Of a DNA stretch of 64,000 nt, positions 26,984-37,759 are shown one piece after another; positions within the stretch are counted from its first letter, which is position 1; each line of letters starts with the position of its first letter. The DNA lies in assembly GCA_021792255.1 (NCBI GenBank), contig JAJYUZ010000001.1, forward strand, positions 434,135 to 498,134, read 5' to 3'. The translations under genes and the position numbers were made by a program. Source of the stretch: Thermoplasmata archaeon. Its GTDB lineage: Archaea; Thermoplasmatota; Thermoplasmata; Thermoplasmatales; GCA-001856825. The notes under the pieces are model-generated. The model was not told the origin of the DNA. It did not search any database and worked only from the letters and a program-made list of their open reading frames with translations.

Positions 26984-27068
26984 TGCGGAGGGAGGGATTT
27001 GAACCCTCGGATCCCTACGGAGCCAGACCCTCAATCTGGCACCTTTGACCTAGCTCGGCAACCTCCGC
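26984..27068 (-). tRNA. tRNA-Leu, anticodon GAG
   Basis: GCGGAGG...CCTCCGC-A acceptor stem, CCAGA-TTGAGGG-TCTGG anticodon arm, long variable arm and GGTTCAAATCC T-loop. CCA is not encoded. Confidence 0.96.
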
Positions 27069-27198
27069 CCAGCAGAAAAGTTATTCATTTTATTTATTCT
27101 TTGGCAAATAATCGGTCGTTCTATACCATATTTCTCGAGTCGTTCGTAATTCGCATGAGCATAAATCGTTTAGATTTTAGATGGTGCAATATTTTGAG

Positions 27199-28089
27199 TC
27201 ACCACTTTTGTCCCGTAATCCTCTCATATAGACTTCTATATAAGGAAGAAGTTTCAGACAGCATGTTCTCTGGAAGTGGTGGAATGGACGGTTCCTCCAA
27301 TTTCTTGCTTCTCGCATCTAAGAGCTTCTCGTAATATCCAGTTCTTCGGTAGTACTGCCTCACGAATTCCTTGCTTCTCTCCACGAGGGTGCCGTTTCTC
27401 TCATATTCATCCTTCTCCCAGAATCTGTCCTCATCGGCAGTGCCGAAGGTGTCAACCAGGACTGGTTCTCTCTCGTCGTCCAGTGCAAACTCTTTCTTTC
27501 CATCCGCGTGTATGAGGCCTCTGTTGAGGGACTCGCTGTTGATCTTTTTGTCCATCTTCAGGATAGTCTCCTTTATCTTCTCTACGTCTTCACTGCTCAG
27601 CCCTCCAATCTGTTTTGCTTCTGAGACATCCAACGGCCTGTCTGTCTTTTCGAATTTTGTCGTCATTTCAAAAAGCGGTTCTGGTATCTTTTCTCCATGC
27701 TTTGGAATATTCTTGAATCCCAGATCCTGGAATCTCGTTTTCCCCTTTTCGAATCTGTCTAAGAGTGAGCCGGCTACGTAGTACCGCACAATGAATTCAA
27801 GCGGAACCAAGTAGTTCTTCATGCTTTCAGAGGCTCTGCCCTCGATGATCTCAAATTTCTTTACAATCATTTCTTTCTTGTTTCTGAACTCGAGAAGATG
27901 ATTCGGAATTTGCAATTTCGATGCTTGTTCAAACCAGTACGCTGAGGTCCTTGCCAGGGACTCTCCCTTGTCCGGGACGAGTGAAGGGATGATCTTGTCA
28001 AAAACGGATATTTGATCTGTGAAAACAAATAAGAGGTTTTCCCCGATGTCGTAGACCTCTTTTACCTTGCCCTTTCTTAAAAGCTTCAC
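27199..28089 (-). CDS. purC: SAICAR synthase
   Basis: KGKVKEVY, TDQISVFD, DKG, PLEFIVR.Y.AGS, DGKKEF, DTFGTADEDRFW and KEFVR. Confidence 0.94.
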   Translation of the reverse strand: MKLLRKGKVKEVYDIGENLLFVFTDQISVFDKIIPSLVPDKGESLARTSAYWFEQASKLQIPNHLLEFRNKKEMIVKKFEIIEGRASESMKNYLVPLEFIVRYYVAGSLLDRFEKGKTRFQDLGFKNIPKHGEKIPEPLFEMTTKFEKTDRPLDVSEAKQIGGLSSEDVEKIKETILKMDKKINSESLNRGLIHADGKKEFALDDEREPVLVDTFGTADEDRFWEKDEYERNGTLVERSKEFVRQYYRRTGYYEKLLDARSKKLEEPSIPPLPENMLSETSSLYRSLYERITGQKW

Positions 28090-28270
28090 ATTTCATTATC
28101 TCGAGGTAAACATTAATTTTTCGTCGTTTTTCAATGAATGAATCCTGATAGAAGTTAATTACGGCCCCAGGAAAAAAGAACCAAACATTACAGGCTGCTT
28201 TCGGACATTTATTCGATAGTCCTCCGGTTAGATTGGAAATGTATATTTTGAAGATTGTAATGCATCCTAT

Positions 28271-29278
28271 ATGGCGACAGAAATCAAGGTCAAATATGGA
28301 ACTGATCTATTAAAGAAGGGATTTGCCAAGATGACAAAAGGAGGGGTCATTATGGATGTTACAAATGCAGATCAAGCCAAGATAGCAGAGGGAGCCGGAG
28401 CCATTTCGGTTATGGCGCTAGAGAGAGTTCCAGCGGACATAAGGGCAGAGGGGGGAGTGGCTAGAATGGCGGACCCGCTCAAGATTAAGGAAATAGTGGA
28501 GGCGGTCACAATCCCGGTCATGGCCAAGGTCAGGATAGGTCACCTTGCTGAGGCCAAAGCTTTAGAGGAACTCGGAATAGATATGATAGACGAATCCGAA
28601 GTTCTTACCCCAGCGGACCCATTTTTTCACGTAAACAAGAAAGAGATCACCATTCCATTCGTGTGCGGTGCAAGAAACCTCGGAGAGGCTGTCAGAAGAA
28701 TCTGGGAAGGAGCCGCTATGATTAGAACGAAGGGTGAAGCAGGCACTGGAGATATAATAGAAGCGGTCAGACACGTTAGAATGGTCAACCAGGGAGTCCA
28801 GGAAGTCGTGCTGGCCGACGAAGACGAGCTCTGGGAAATGACGGCTAGCATCTCGAAGAGTTACGAGAGCCTTATTAGAGAGGTGAGAGGGGGGCTCTAC
28901 GGGAGGGAGATTGTGACAGACAAGGATGTAATATTTGGCAACTACACATATGGAGAAATTAAATCTGGAATTCACGAAGTCTTGAAGGAGATTAAGAAGG
29001 CAAGGAGACTCCCAGTAGTGAATTTTGCTGCGGGAGGAATTGCATCTCCGGCTGACGCGGTACTGATGATGGAACACGGCGTCGATGGAGTTTTCGTCGG
29101 AAGCGGAATATTCAAGAGTACCAATCCGGACAGGATGGCGTCTTCGATAGTGCAGGCAACCGCAGCGTGGGACGACCCTTCGATCCTGGTGGAAACGAGC
29201 AAGGGGTTACCGGGGATGAAAGGAAGGGACGTAGGAAAGATGGAGGCATCTGACAAGATCCAAGGCCGAGGATGGTAA
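28271..29278 (+). CDS. pdxS: Pyridoxal 5'-phosphate synthase lyase subunit
   Basis: [49 protein letters not shown] and [11 protein letters not shown]. Confidence 0.97.
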   Translation: MATEIKVKYGTDLLKKGFAKMTKGGVIMDVTNADQAKIAEGAGAISVMALERVPADIRAEGGVARMADPLKIKEIVEAVTIPVMAKVRIGHLAEAKALEELGIDMIDESEVLTPADPFFHVNKKEITIPFVCGARNLGEAVRRIWEGAAMIRTKGEAGTGDIIEAVRHVRMVNQGVQEVVLADEDELWEMTASISKSYESLIREVRGGLYGREIVTDKDVIFGNYTYGEIKSGIHEVLKEIKKARRLPVVNFAAGGIASPADAVLMMEHGVDGVFVGSGIFKSTNPDRMASSIVQATAAWDDPSILVETSKGLPGMKGRDVGKMEASDKIQGRGW

Positions 29279-29287
29279 ATTTACATA

Positions 29288-30100
29288 ATGAATTTCCTAA
29301 CAGTCGTCGGTCACATCAACGTAGACATAGTACTTGATATTGAGCAGATTCCGTCTTTTGGAAGCGAGGAGATTAGGGCCATAGACACAAGACTGGGTGG
29401 CACTGGTGCTAATATCGCAAAATTTGCTGCAGCCCTTGGCACACCGGTCAATCTGATATCGAGAATCTCCAGAAAGTTTCCAGAAGACCTCCTGTATTCC
29501 CTCAAGCGAGACAACCTCAGGCTGTCGCTCGAAATCGGCGACGAAGACGGACCCATTTGCTACATTGCAGATGCCAAGGATAATCAAATTGCTTACATGT
29601 ATCAGGGGCCTATGAACAATCCTGGAAAGGAGTACGAGATCGACAGCAAATACTGCCACTTTGCGACATCCAACCCGGATTGGATCCTCAAACTGATGCG
29701 CAAGAGCAAAAGTATAAAGGTCCTGGACCCGGGACAGGAAATAAAGTACAGATGGAAAAAGGAAAAACTCAATGAGGCTCTAAGGATGGCAGATTTAGTG
29801 ATGCTGAATGAGCAGGAGTTCAACTACCTGTCATCGTTCACCAAGATCGATCCGGAGAAAACTATAGTGACTCTCAGCGGAAAGGGAGCAATATTCAGGG
29901 ACGAACTCATTCCTACTGAGCACGTTCCGAAAGCGTCATCTCTTGGTGCAGGTGATATGTTCAGGGCTGGATTCTACTCCGCACTATATCGTGGAAAGGG
30001 AACGAGAGATTCCATCGCCTGCGCGAATAAAGTCACAAGCTTCTATCTGAGTAATGGAATGAATACGTCTATCGGGTACGAATGGAATAAGAGTTGCTAG
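29288..30100 (+). CDS. PfkB-family carbohydrate/nucleoside kinase
   Basis: GHINVD, GGTGAN, DPGQ, N..E, VTL.G.GA and GAGD.F.AGF. Confidence 0.88.
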   Translation: MNFLTVVGHINVDIVLDIEQIPSFGSEEIRAIDTRLGGTGANIAKFAAALGTPVNLISRISRKFPEDLLYSLKRDNLRLSLEIGDEDGPICYIADAKDNQIAYMYQGPMNNPGKEYEIDSKYCHFATSNPDWILKLMRKSKSIKVLDPGQEIKYRWKKEKLNEALRMADLVMLNEQEFNYLSSFTKIDPEKTIVTLSGKGAIFRDELIPTEHVPKASSLGAGDMFRAGFYSALYRGKGTRDSIACANKVTSFYLSNGMNTSIGYEWNKSC

Positions 30101-30207
30101 TCCTTCGTTAGTGGTCAAGTCCCGTTTAAGAGGAAGGACCGAGATGCCATTTTCTTCCTTCTAGAACTGAGCTTTAAATAGATATAATCGCAAGAAATAA
30201 CCTCTAA

Positions 30208-31452
30208 ATGAGCACATCTTCAGGGAAGGACAGATGGTTTCTGTCCTACTTCCCAATGAACACTTCTTCAGGCATCATTAGCCCATTAGCTCCACTTTTC
30301 ATCACAGAACTTCTCGCGGGCGGAATCGTAGATTATTCGGTATACGTCATTGCTTCATCGATCGCGACCATTTTGGGCCTATTCGTTTGGGGCAGCCTTT
30401 CCGATAAGTTGGGAAAGAGACGAATCTTCGTGCTCATAGCATTTGTCTCGTTAGCCGTGACTTCCGTTATGCTAGCTATTTCGTTCAACACAGAGTACTT
30501 CATCTCCGTATCATTCTTATCAGGATTTTTTGGTAGCGCAGCGACCCCTGTCTCGTCCATCCTAATAATGGAACTTACGGAGAGAAGGGACTGGGCGATG
30601 AAGATATCAAAATTCTCCCAGTACAACAGCTATGGAAACATAGCTGGAGTAATCTTTGCTTCAGTTTTCACCGGGGCATTCCCGAAGGCATTTCTGTTGA
30701 GATATCTGTACCTGTTCGCCTTTGCATTTTACGTAATATCAGCAGTACTTGGTTACATGTACATCCCAGAGAGCTCGACGAGGATCAACAGGGACGAAGT
30801 CCCGATCAGGACGTTTAGAGTGATTGAAAGGGTCAGATACATTCCTTCGCAGATAATCCACTTCAATTTCCATTTCAGGGAGCTTGCCAGTGATCTGAAA
30901 TTCATTATCATAGGGTTCATGATAATGATGACCGGATTTCAGCTATTTTTCGTTGCATTCCCCATAATGTTGAGATCACTCGATGTGACGTCATCGGTAT
31001 ATTTCCTCATCTATCTCGGAAATTACCTCTTTGGTGCAATATCGTTCGGATTTTCTGGACAGACTTGCCTAAGATACGGAAACAGGAAAGTCGCTACAAT
31101 GGCAGTCATCGCGAGGATATTCATCTTCCCCTCAGTGATAGCACTCGTTGCACTCGGTATGACCCATCGTCCACTGCTTTTCGTAGGATTGCTGCTCGTC
31201 TATTCGGTGCTGGGGGCACTCTGGTCCTTCATTTCAGTCGGAACCGGTACAATGGTCTCAAATCTGTCCAAGCCCGAGGAGAGAGGAAGAGTTAGTGGGA
31301 CGTACAACGCTGTCCAAAGCTTTGGAGCGGTCATCGGTTCTGCACTGGCAGGAGTAATTGTTAGCAGTGTAGGCTACTCTCCCGATTATCTCATAGCTTC
31401 TGGAATTGTCGTTGCTGGTCTCCTGATATTTCTGCGAGAACGGTCAAAGTGA
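30208..31452 (+). CDS. MFS transporter
   Basis: G.LSDKLGKRR motif A, about 12 TM segments and PEERG...G. Confidence 0.88.
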   Translation: MSTSSGKDRWFLSYFPMNTSSGIISPLAPLFITELLAGGIVDYSVYVIASSIATILGLFVWGSLSDKLGKRRIFVLIAFVSLAVTSVMLAISFNTEYFISVSFLSGFFGSAATPVSSILIMELTERRDWAMKISKFSQYNSYGNIAGVIFASVFTGAFPKAFLLRYLYLFAFAFYVISAVLGYMYIPESSTRINRDEVPIRTFRVIERVRYIPSQIIHFNFHFRELASDLKFIIIGFMIMMTGFQLFFVAFPIMLRSLDVTSSVYFLIYLGNYLFGAISFGFSGQTCLRYGNRKVATMAVIARIFIFPSVIALVALGMTHRPLLFVGLLLVYSVLGALWSFISVGTGTMVSNLSKPEERGRVSGTYNAVQSFGAVIGSALAGVIVSSVGYSPDYLIASGIVVAGLLIFLRERSK

Positions 31453-32085
31453 TTGTTCCATTTTCACTATTTTTCCGTTAGTGAAAATGGGGATCACTTC
31501 GGTTGTGTCCTGTTGCAGACAAAAATCAAGATCTGCATCGAATTTGTGTTTCTTTAGAAGAGCCGCCCCGTTTCCAATTCTAGCCCTGTTGATATTGACA
31601 TCGATGTTAGAGCCTGGTTCGAAAATTTTCTTGGTAAGAGCGTAGGCAAACTCGTTGTCTTCTGTAGAGACTCCGTTCCTCAGGTTCGCCGGAAAGATGT
31701 GAACTTCCTTGTTCCTTAGGTGCCTCGATAGAGAGGTAATGTTTAGAAATGATCCGATAAGAGTTCCTTCTCCAGCCCTCAGAATTGCGCCGGATCCATT
31801 AGTTGTCTTAAGGACTATCCTTGCGCCTTCAAGGTCCAGTTCAGAGGTCTGAGTAGGGGAATTGCCGTACTCGAACCCATCGATCGGCAAAAGATCGTTT
31901 TCACCAAAGAGAAGATATCCCTCCTTCTTTAGCGAGTAAGCCGTGTTTACTTCACTGACAGGTACGATTTCTTTCGCTCCCTTCTTGATCATCGTTACGA
32001 TATTTGAGGTAGCCCTGAAGATGTCTGCAACTACCGGTGTCCCATAGACGTTCCGAATATACCTGCCATCCGTAATTCTAATCAT
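31444..32085 (-). CDS. 2-phosphosulfolactate phosphatase (ComB)-family protein
   Basis: DIFRATS, GE, GNSP, TTNG, GSFLN and ED motifs. Confidence 0.8.
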   Translation of the reverse strand: MIRITDGRYIRNVYGTPVVADIFRATSNIVTMIKKGAKEIVPVSEVNTAYSLKKEGYLLFGENDLLPIDGFEYGNSPTQTSELDLEGARIVLKTTNGSGAILRAGEGTLIGSFLNITSLSRHLRNKEVHIFPANLRNGVSTEDNEFAYALTKKIFEPGSNIDVNINRARIGNGAALLKKHKFDADLDFCLQQDTTEVIPIFTNGKIVKMEQSL

Positions 32086-32444
32086 TGAACCATTTCCAGT
32101 TTTATTTCGATGCCCTCGTTATTGAAGGCTCTCCAGGAATACAGGTTGAATGGATATCCCACGATGATGTGAACGTTCCCGAATTTTGAATAAAGGCTTC
32201 TATCATCGTTGCTCGGATGTATGACCCCCGACGGGTGCGAATGAATTGTTCCTACGTACCCGAGATCTATTGGCCTGTTCCAAAGCTGCATTATAGCACT
32301 TCTGTCGCCTGAGATCGTTCCCGGTAGGAGGGCGATTTCATATATTATATCCTTCTTCGCCTTGAGGATGGCTGCGAATTCGTTTGGAAGAGAGTCTTTG
32401 CTGCTCTCCATAACGAGCTCGATGACCCCCCTCCGTATCTTCAT
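32082..32444 (-). CDS. JAMM/MPN+ metalloprotease
   Basis: PNEF...GTIHSHPS....PS.DD (E-HxH-x7-SxxD JAMM motif). Confidence 0.88.
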   Translation of the reverse strand: MKIRRGVIELVMESSKDSLPNEFAAILKAKKDIIYEIALLPGTISGDRSAIMQLWNRPIDLGYVGTIHSHPSGVIHPSNDDRSLYSKFGNVHIIVGYPFNLYSWRAFNNEGIEIKLEMVQ

Positions 32445-33247
32445 GACATTTTCTCCCTGGTATTCTTGTAAAAGTCTGAATTGAATCTTATGAATCTTGC
32501 AGGATATTCGCTTTCTGTGAACGAAATCTCATCGTGGAACCCGACTTCTATTCCCTCCTGCCCATCGAGAGTGAGCATTATGTTTCTTCCTTTGTCAAGG
32601 GCTACCGCCCTGATTGTGGACTGAGATGGGACCACCATGCTTCGCGCACTGAGGCTGAAAGGGGCCATGTATGAGATTATGAATGCCTTTACCTTCGGGT
32701 CCAGGATCGGTCCCCCGACGCTAAGCGAATATGAAGTGGAACCAGTTGGGGAGGCAATGATTATACCATCCGCCCTGATGTTGTGAATGAAGTCGTCGTC
32801 GAGATAGATTCCAAACCATCTGATCTTGGAAATGATCATCGTCTTTAACACTGCCTCGTTCAGCGAGTCTGGCAATCTCTTCGAGTTCACCGTGGTCTTT
32901 ATTCTCGCCCGCTCTTCAATCTTGTAATCTCCTCTCAGGAACTTGTTCAAGCACTCTAGGGCCGTCCTGGAATCGGCCTCAGCAAGGAATGCAAGACTGC
33001 TAACATTTACCGGTAGGACCGGAAGTTTCGTCTTCTGAATGGTCCAGAGGGCAGTACCATCCCCTCCGACCGTGACTATTGCATCTGCTTTTATCTTTTC
33101 TATCCTTTCCCCGTCCATTTTCAAATCCTTCGACGTTCCCAATTCAACTACAAAATCGTGGCCATTCTCTGTCAGAAAATTGGAAAGGAATCTGATGACC
33201 TCAGCGCATTTGGGGCACTCCGGCTTTGAAACGAACCCTATCTTCAT
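32441..33247 (-). CDS. nadK: NAD kinase
   Basis: GGDGT, LNE, ADG...SPTGSTSYSLSVGGP and DGQ. Confidence 0.93.
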   Translation of the reverse strand: MKIGFVSKPECPKCAEVIRFLSNFLTENGHDFVVELGTSKDLKMDGERIEKIKADAIVTVGGDGTALWTIQKTKLPVLPVNVSSLAFLAEADSRTALECLNKFLRGDYKIEERARIKTTVNSKRLPDSLNEAVLKTMIISKIRWFGIYLDDDFIHNIRADGIIIASPTGSTSYSLSVGGPILDPKVKAFIISYMAPFSLSARSMVVPSQSTIRAVALDKGRNIMLTLDGQEGIEVGFHDEISFTESEYPARFIRFNSDFYKNTREKMS

Positions 33248-33401
33248 GCCTAGTGCACCTCCTTTGGCAGAAAAGCAGACGCAAGGATGCTATTCATTAT
33301 CGGGTAGGAATCATTACCAAATATATAAAAAATACAGAAAGAAGGATACATCGAGAACTGCACCATAAAATAGAAATTTCCGTAACATCTGGAGAAATTG
33401 C

Positions 33402-35483
33402 ATGAAATTAGGGAGGCGGGATACCGCTATTATCATCTCCATAATCGTAGCCGGGGTAGCGATAAGACTCTTCCCTAACGTTCTTAATTACGCCTGGGGG
33501 AACGACTACGGCATCTACTACTATCTCAGTCAGGCATTCCTAAGCGGCAGGGCCCTTGCCTATCCGCCAAATTCTCCTTGGGGCACAGATGGCTACCAGT
33601 ATTTTCCAGTTACTTACATAATCGTCGATATAGTCCACTACGTGACACACGTCCCGATTGCGGTAGCTCTTGACTACTCCATCCCCTTCCTTGGGGGACT
33701 GACACCATTCCTAATCTACATGATATCGAGGGAGATCGGCTTTGACAGGAACATCTCTGCTTTGGCCGGATTTCTGCTGGTCGTAAGTCCTGTTCAGCTG
33801 TACCAGACTTCTCAACCCAACTACCTGACGACGGGCCATTTCTTTCTCCTGCTCTCCATCTACTTCTTTCTGGCATACCACCGGAAGAGAATATTTGCAG
33901 TACCCATGGCAATCTCTGTGGTCCTCCTGGTGCTGTCACATCAACTTTCGACCTACTTTTTCCTGATCGCAATCATTGGAATGGTCTTCTCCGTAAATCT
34001 TCTCAGCACCAAATGGAAACCCAGACTGATTGCGGATATGCTGACCATAGAACTCTCTGGTACGCTCATGATTTCGTACCTTCTCCTGAGAGTACCGAAC
34101 ATGGTGTCATTCTTTTCGAAGGCCGTGCACGGTCTGGGGTATGGTGCAGTCATAACGCTCTTTTACGCTCTAGTCCTTGGGATGTACTTCATCCTAAGGA
34201 AGATCAACTCTACGAACGTCAGAGAGAGGACGATCAAGATCATAGAGAAAATGAAACTGGAAATTGCACCTAGAAGGGATGTGACTCTCGTTTTTGTGGC
34301 CTCGTTGACGCTTATAGGGATTTTTTTTATCCTGAGTCTCATTGGTTTCATTCCAAAGTACATAACGTACGAGGTTTTGCTGATCTCTCTCCCGTTCATA
34401 ATATTCATCTCCATTTCCGTGGTCGGAGTCAAGTATTTCCTCGTTGAAAACAACATTTCCGAGGTCTTTGGATGGACCATGGCGATCATATTCTCGATGG
34501 TCTACAGTTTCCTCTCAAAAAATACCGTCCTGATACCAGCTAGATCCATTGAATACCTTTCGGAACCCTTCTGTATTGTTGCCGGTTATGTCTTGATAAA
34601 GTGGTATCAGTACTTCCGGTCCCATAAGAAAATAAGGGCAGTCAGAGTCGGGCAGGTATACGGAGGTGCAGCAACAGTCTCCTCACCCATTGCGATAAAC
34701 ACTCCAGCGGGAATCAACGTGATAACTATGCCGAGGACGAGAACTGTGAACACCATAAAGCATTACACCTACACGGTCAGGAGACCCGTCGAAAATATCA
34801 TTGTCATAGCGGCTATTTCCCTGGTTCTCCTGATGGGAGTTGCGAGCTATCCGATGGTCTCAGACTTCGTGCCTTCCCACACGGAGGCGATCACGCTTGA
34901 GGACAATTCCACCATTCAGTACCTCGTTCAGACGGGGAACACGAGCCTCTCTGTTGCAACCGATCATCAGATAGGGATACTCCTCTATTCATACGGATAC
35001 AGCTCACCCTTCAACAACATCTCGGTCCTCTGGAATTCTACGAGCTGGTTTGGTGCCATAGGCGAAATAACCGGAGATAACGGTTCCTATGCTCCGCTTG
35101 GTTACGTATTCCTGAACTCATACATGCTGAGGTACGGCGTCTGGGGGTTCAATAGTTCCCAGAATCCTAACGAGGCTGCAATAATGGTGAATGGTTCGGC
35201 ATTCACGAAGTTCTTCGAACCTCCGTTCGAACTCGTTTATGAAAACAGTTCCACGACTGTCAACAGTACGACCTATCTGTTCGAACTGAACTGGACTTAT
35301 CTCGGAGACAGGGGATACAACCTCGCGTTCTACGAGGGTCTCTACCAAAGCAAAAGTATCAGGGCCTCTGCTATCCCACTTTCTCCCACTTCTCAAGCTT
35401 CTGAACTGACGAAAGAGTACTCCCTCTCTTTATCTCTTCTCTTAACCTATTCTCTCTCTCAGCCACGTCCACGGCTCTATTAG
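33402..35483 (+). CDS. Large polytopic membrane protein, GT-C-type glycosyltransferase-like
   Basis: TM1 followed by WGNDYG.YY acidic loop, many TM segments and a C-terminal extracellular domain with sequons. Family assignment is tentative. Confidence 0.5.
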   Translation: MKLGRRDTAIIISIIVAGVAIRLFPNVLNYAWGNDYGIYYYLSQAFLSGRALAYPPNSPWGTDGYQYFPVTYIIVDIVHYVTHVPIAVALDYSIPFLGGLTPFLIYMISREIGFDRNISALAGFLLVVSPVQLYQTSQPNYLTTGHFFLLLSIYFFLAYHRKRIFAVPMAISVVLLVLSHQLSTYFFLIAIIGMVFSVNLLSTKWKPRLIADMLTIELSGTLMISYLLLRVPNMVSFFSKAVHGLGYGAVITLFYALVLGMYFILRKINSTNVRERTIKIIEKMKLEIAPRRDVTLVFVASLTLIGIFFILSLIGFIPKYITYEVLLISLPFIIFISISVVGVKYFLVENNISEVFGWTMAIIFSMVYSFLSKNTVLIPARSIEYLSEPFCIVAGYVLIKWYQYFRSHKKIRAVRVGQVYGGAATVSSPIAINTPAGINVITMPRTRTVNTIKHYTYTVRRPVENIIVIAAISLVLLMGVASYPMVSDFVPSHTEAITLEDNSTIQYLVQTGNTSLSVATDHQIGILLYSYGYSSPFNNISVLWNSTSWFGAIGEITGDNGSYAPLGYVFLNSYMLRYGVWGFNSSQNPNEAAIMVNGSAFTKFFEPPFELVYENSSTTVNSTTYLFELNWTYLGDRGYNLAFYEGLYQSKSIRASAIPLSPTSQASELTKEYSLSLSLLLTYSLSQPRPRLY

Positions 35484-36663
35484 CGATCTCCTGAGCTTGC
35501 TCCTCTGGAATCACCACTACGCCGGAATAATCCGCGATTATGTAGTCTCCCGTTCTTATCTTCCTTCCGCTGATTTCTATCTCGCTACCAATTTCACCAA
35601 AACCTTTTGGATCTCCGGCATTGGAAGAAACGTATCTGGAAAACGCCGGAAAAGGAATATTTATTATTGTATCCAAGTCCCTTATTGCTCCCCAGATTAC
35701 GACCCCCCTGACCCTCTTAGTGACTGCACTCCAAGACGCCAGCTCTCCCCATATAGCATCCTCTCCCCCATCGGCGTCAATGACTATTATGTCCCCTTCC
35801 TTTGCGTGATCTATCGCCTCTACTGGCTTTGCCCAGTCACCGTTCACCGTCTTGACTGTCAACGCTCTTCCCACTATCTTTGTTCCTGGCTTGATCCTAG
35901 GAATTATTCCGTGAATTGCTCCTTCCCTGTGCATAGCATCGGAAACGTTGCACGAAGAAACGGTCGATAGTGCTTCGATGATCTCGTTCTTGGAATATTT
36001 CTTGTACATCTCCCCGTGTTCTGCCACTCCAGTTGCCATAACTCTCTTTATCGATGCAGTCTCCTCGGTGACGTTCGGAGCCTTGGTTATCGCTCCACCA
36101 ACGATTATGATCGAGGCTCCTCTCTTGATAACTTCTGGTATGGATTCCTTGTTCAGTCCCCCCGCCACAGCTACTGGTACTTTAGTCACTGCAACCACTT
36201 TCTCGAGAATCTTTAAGGGGTTCTTGCCTATCATCTGCATGTCTATTCCAACGTGTTCGCAAAAATATTTTACTCCCAATTTTTCGAGCTGCCCTACCCT
36301 CTCTTCGACGTTTTCCACCTGAAGAAGGTCGATCATTATTTCTGCGCCATACTTCTTTCCGGCCTTTACTGCCTCCGTGATGGTAGGGTCGTCACTTATA
36401 CCGAGTATGGTAACTACCTGAGCTCCGCTCTTTGCCGCGAGTTCGGTCTCAAATCCTCCGACGTCAGCAGTTTTCATGTCCGCGACGATTATCTTGTTTG
36501 GGAAATTTTTCTTTATTTCCCTTATTGCCTGCATCCCCTCGCTCTTTATCAGAGGGGTTCCCACCTCAATCCAGTCTGCTCCACCTTCTACCGCTTCCTT
36601 TGCCACCTGTAGCGCTCTGTGAAGATTCTCAAAATCCAAGGCTACCTGAAGAACAGGTTCCAT
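35371..36663 (-). CDS. 3-hexulose-6-phosphate synthase fused to an RraA/HMG-aldolase-like domain
   Basis: N-terminal LQVALD, IEVGTPLIK.EG, ADMKT.D.G and VAGG. C-terminal VSDAM, WGEL, GAIRD and GD.I.AD..GVVVIP. Confidence 0.9.
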   Translation of the reverse strand: MEPVLQVALDFENLHRALQVAKEAVEGGADWIEVGTPLIKSEGMQAIREIKKNFPNKIIVADMKTADVGGFETELAAKSGAQVVTILGISDDPTITEAVKAGKKYGAEIMIDLLQVENVEERVGQLEKLGVKYFCEHVGIDMQMIGKNPLKILEKVVAVTKVPVAVAGGLNKESIPEVIKRGASIIIVGGAITKAPNVTEETASIKRVMATGVAEHGEMYKKYSKNEIIEALSTVSSCNVSDAMHREGAIHGIIPRIKPGTKIVGRALTVKTVNGDWAKPVEAIDHAKEGDIIVIDADGGEDAIWGELASWSAVTKRVRGVVIWGAIRDLDTIINIPFPAFSRYVSSNAGDPKGFGEIGSEIEISGRKIRTGDYIIADYSGVVVIPEEQAQEIANRAVDVAERENRLREEIKRGSTLSSVQKLEKWEKVG

Positions 36664-36927
36664 AATATCGCCGTTTAAAATTGAGAATAACTACTTTAAG
36701 TTATCATGCAATCGGGACCTAACTTGTAGTTCCGAATCTTTTGTTTTAAAACTACAGAAGAGCATCAAAAGATATGCCCACTTCTGTCACAGATCTGATT
36801 GAGAAAAAGTTTGAGCTCCGTATAAGCATTAAGGCTCACATCAATGATTGATTGTAACGCGCACAAGCGTTAGAGGTCTGAAACCCACTCTGATCCTTCC
36901 GATATCTGTGGTGCTGATCCAGGAGGA

Positions 36928-37725
36928 TCAATTCTTCGTGTTCTTCCTTATTTCTTCAATTCTCTTCTTAAGTTTTACATCAGATTCCGATGCAATTCCG
37001 ACAAGATCTGCCCTTGCGGCCTTCACTATCGCATTCGAGTACGCTCTCGATATTCTTCCTGAACTCCCCCTTGGCGCTTTGTATATGTCTGGAATCTCAT
37101 AAATCAGGCCGTGTTTCGGTGGCGTACCTCGTCCCTTCCTGAACCTGAAGAATGCCTTTTCTGCACCTATTATCTGCACCGTGCTCGCCGAACTAAGTGC
37201 CAGATTTCTGATTCCTCTAAATGACTTTAGCAGTCTTGCGGCAACCTTGTAACCAACGACCTTCTTTAGGTTTGGAGCTGCCCTCTCGACGTACTCATCC
37301 AGGGACTCTTCCAGCTCTTTGCTAAACCCCCTCACCTCAGTAAGTATCTTTCCAAGCTGATCCGAAAAGTCGCTCTTTACAGAGGTCGCATACTTCATGA
37401 AGACGGAAGTTTCTTCGGTTTTCTGCTCCAGAAAGTTCTCGAACTTTTCCATTTCGTCTAGAGTCGTGATTATTTTTTCGATTAACTGATCTTCAGTCAA
37501 CTTTGTGGAAAGCAGTTTTTTGTTAAGTAGCTCGAGACTTTCCCTTAGAACGGTATAGTCAACACCTTTCTTGTTGAACTTAGAAGAAAGGGAAACCGAT
37601 TCACCGTTGTAGTCCGCTTTTCCATTTTGGATTATGTCTATATAGATTGTTGCAAACTCTTCCCTTGTCAAAGGATATTCCTTTCCCTCTCCCTTGAGTT
37701 TGTCGACCGAAACCAGATAAAGCAT
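36928..37725 (-). CDS. nop5: Nop5/Nop56-family C/D box RNP protein
   Basis: APNL..VVG..VAARL, ASTVQIIGAEKAFFR and PPKHGLIY. Confidence 0.85.
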   Translation of the reverse strand: MLYLVSVDKLKGEGKEYPLTREEFATIYIDIIQNGKADYNGESVSLSSKFNKKGVDYTVLRESLELLNKKLLSTKLTEDQLIEKIITTLDEMEKFENFLEQKTEETSVFMKYATSVKSDFSDQLGKILTEVRGFSKELEESLDEYVERAAPNLKKVVGYKVAARLLKSFRGIRNLALSSASTVQIIGAEKAFFRFRKGRGTPPKHGLIYEIPDIYKAPRGSSGRISRAYSNAIVKAARADLVGIASESDVKLKKRIEEIRKNTKN

Positions 37726-37759
37726 TATTCATTGAAAAATGGCAAAGATAAATACTTTC

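Noticed and set aside
31444-32085. Coenzyme M biosynthesis or methanogenesis inferred from comB
   Set aside because: ComB-family phosphatases are widespread in non-methanogens, and no comA/C/D/E or mcr genes are in the window.
36841-36927. Possible C/D box sRNA downstream of nop5
   Set aside because: Several CTGA motifs occur, but there is no good RTGATGA C box (only ATGATTG) and no convincing C'/D' spacing.
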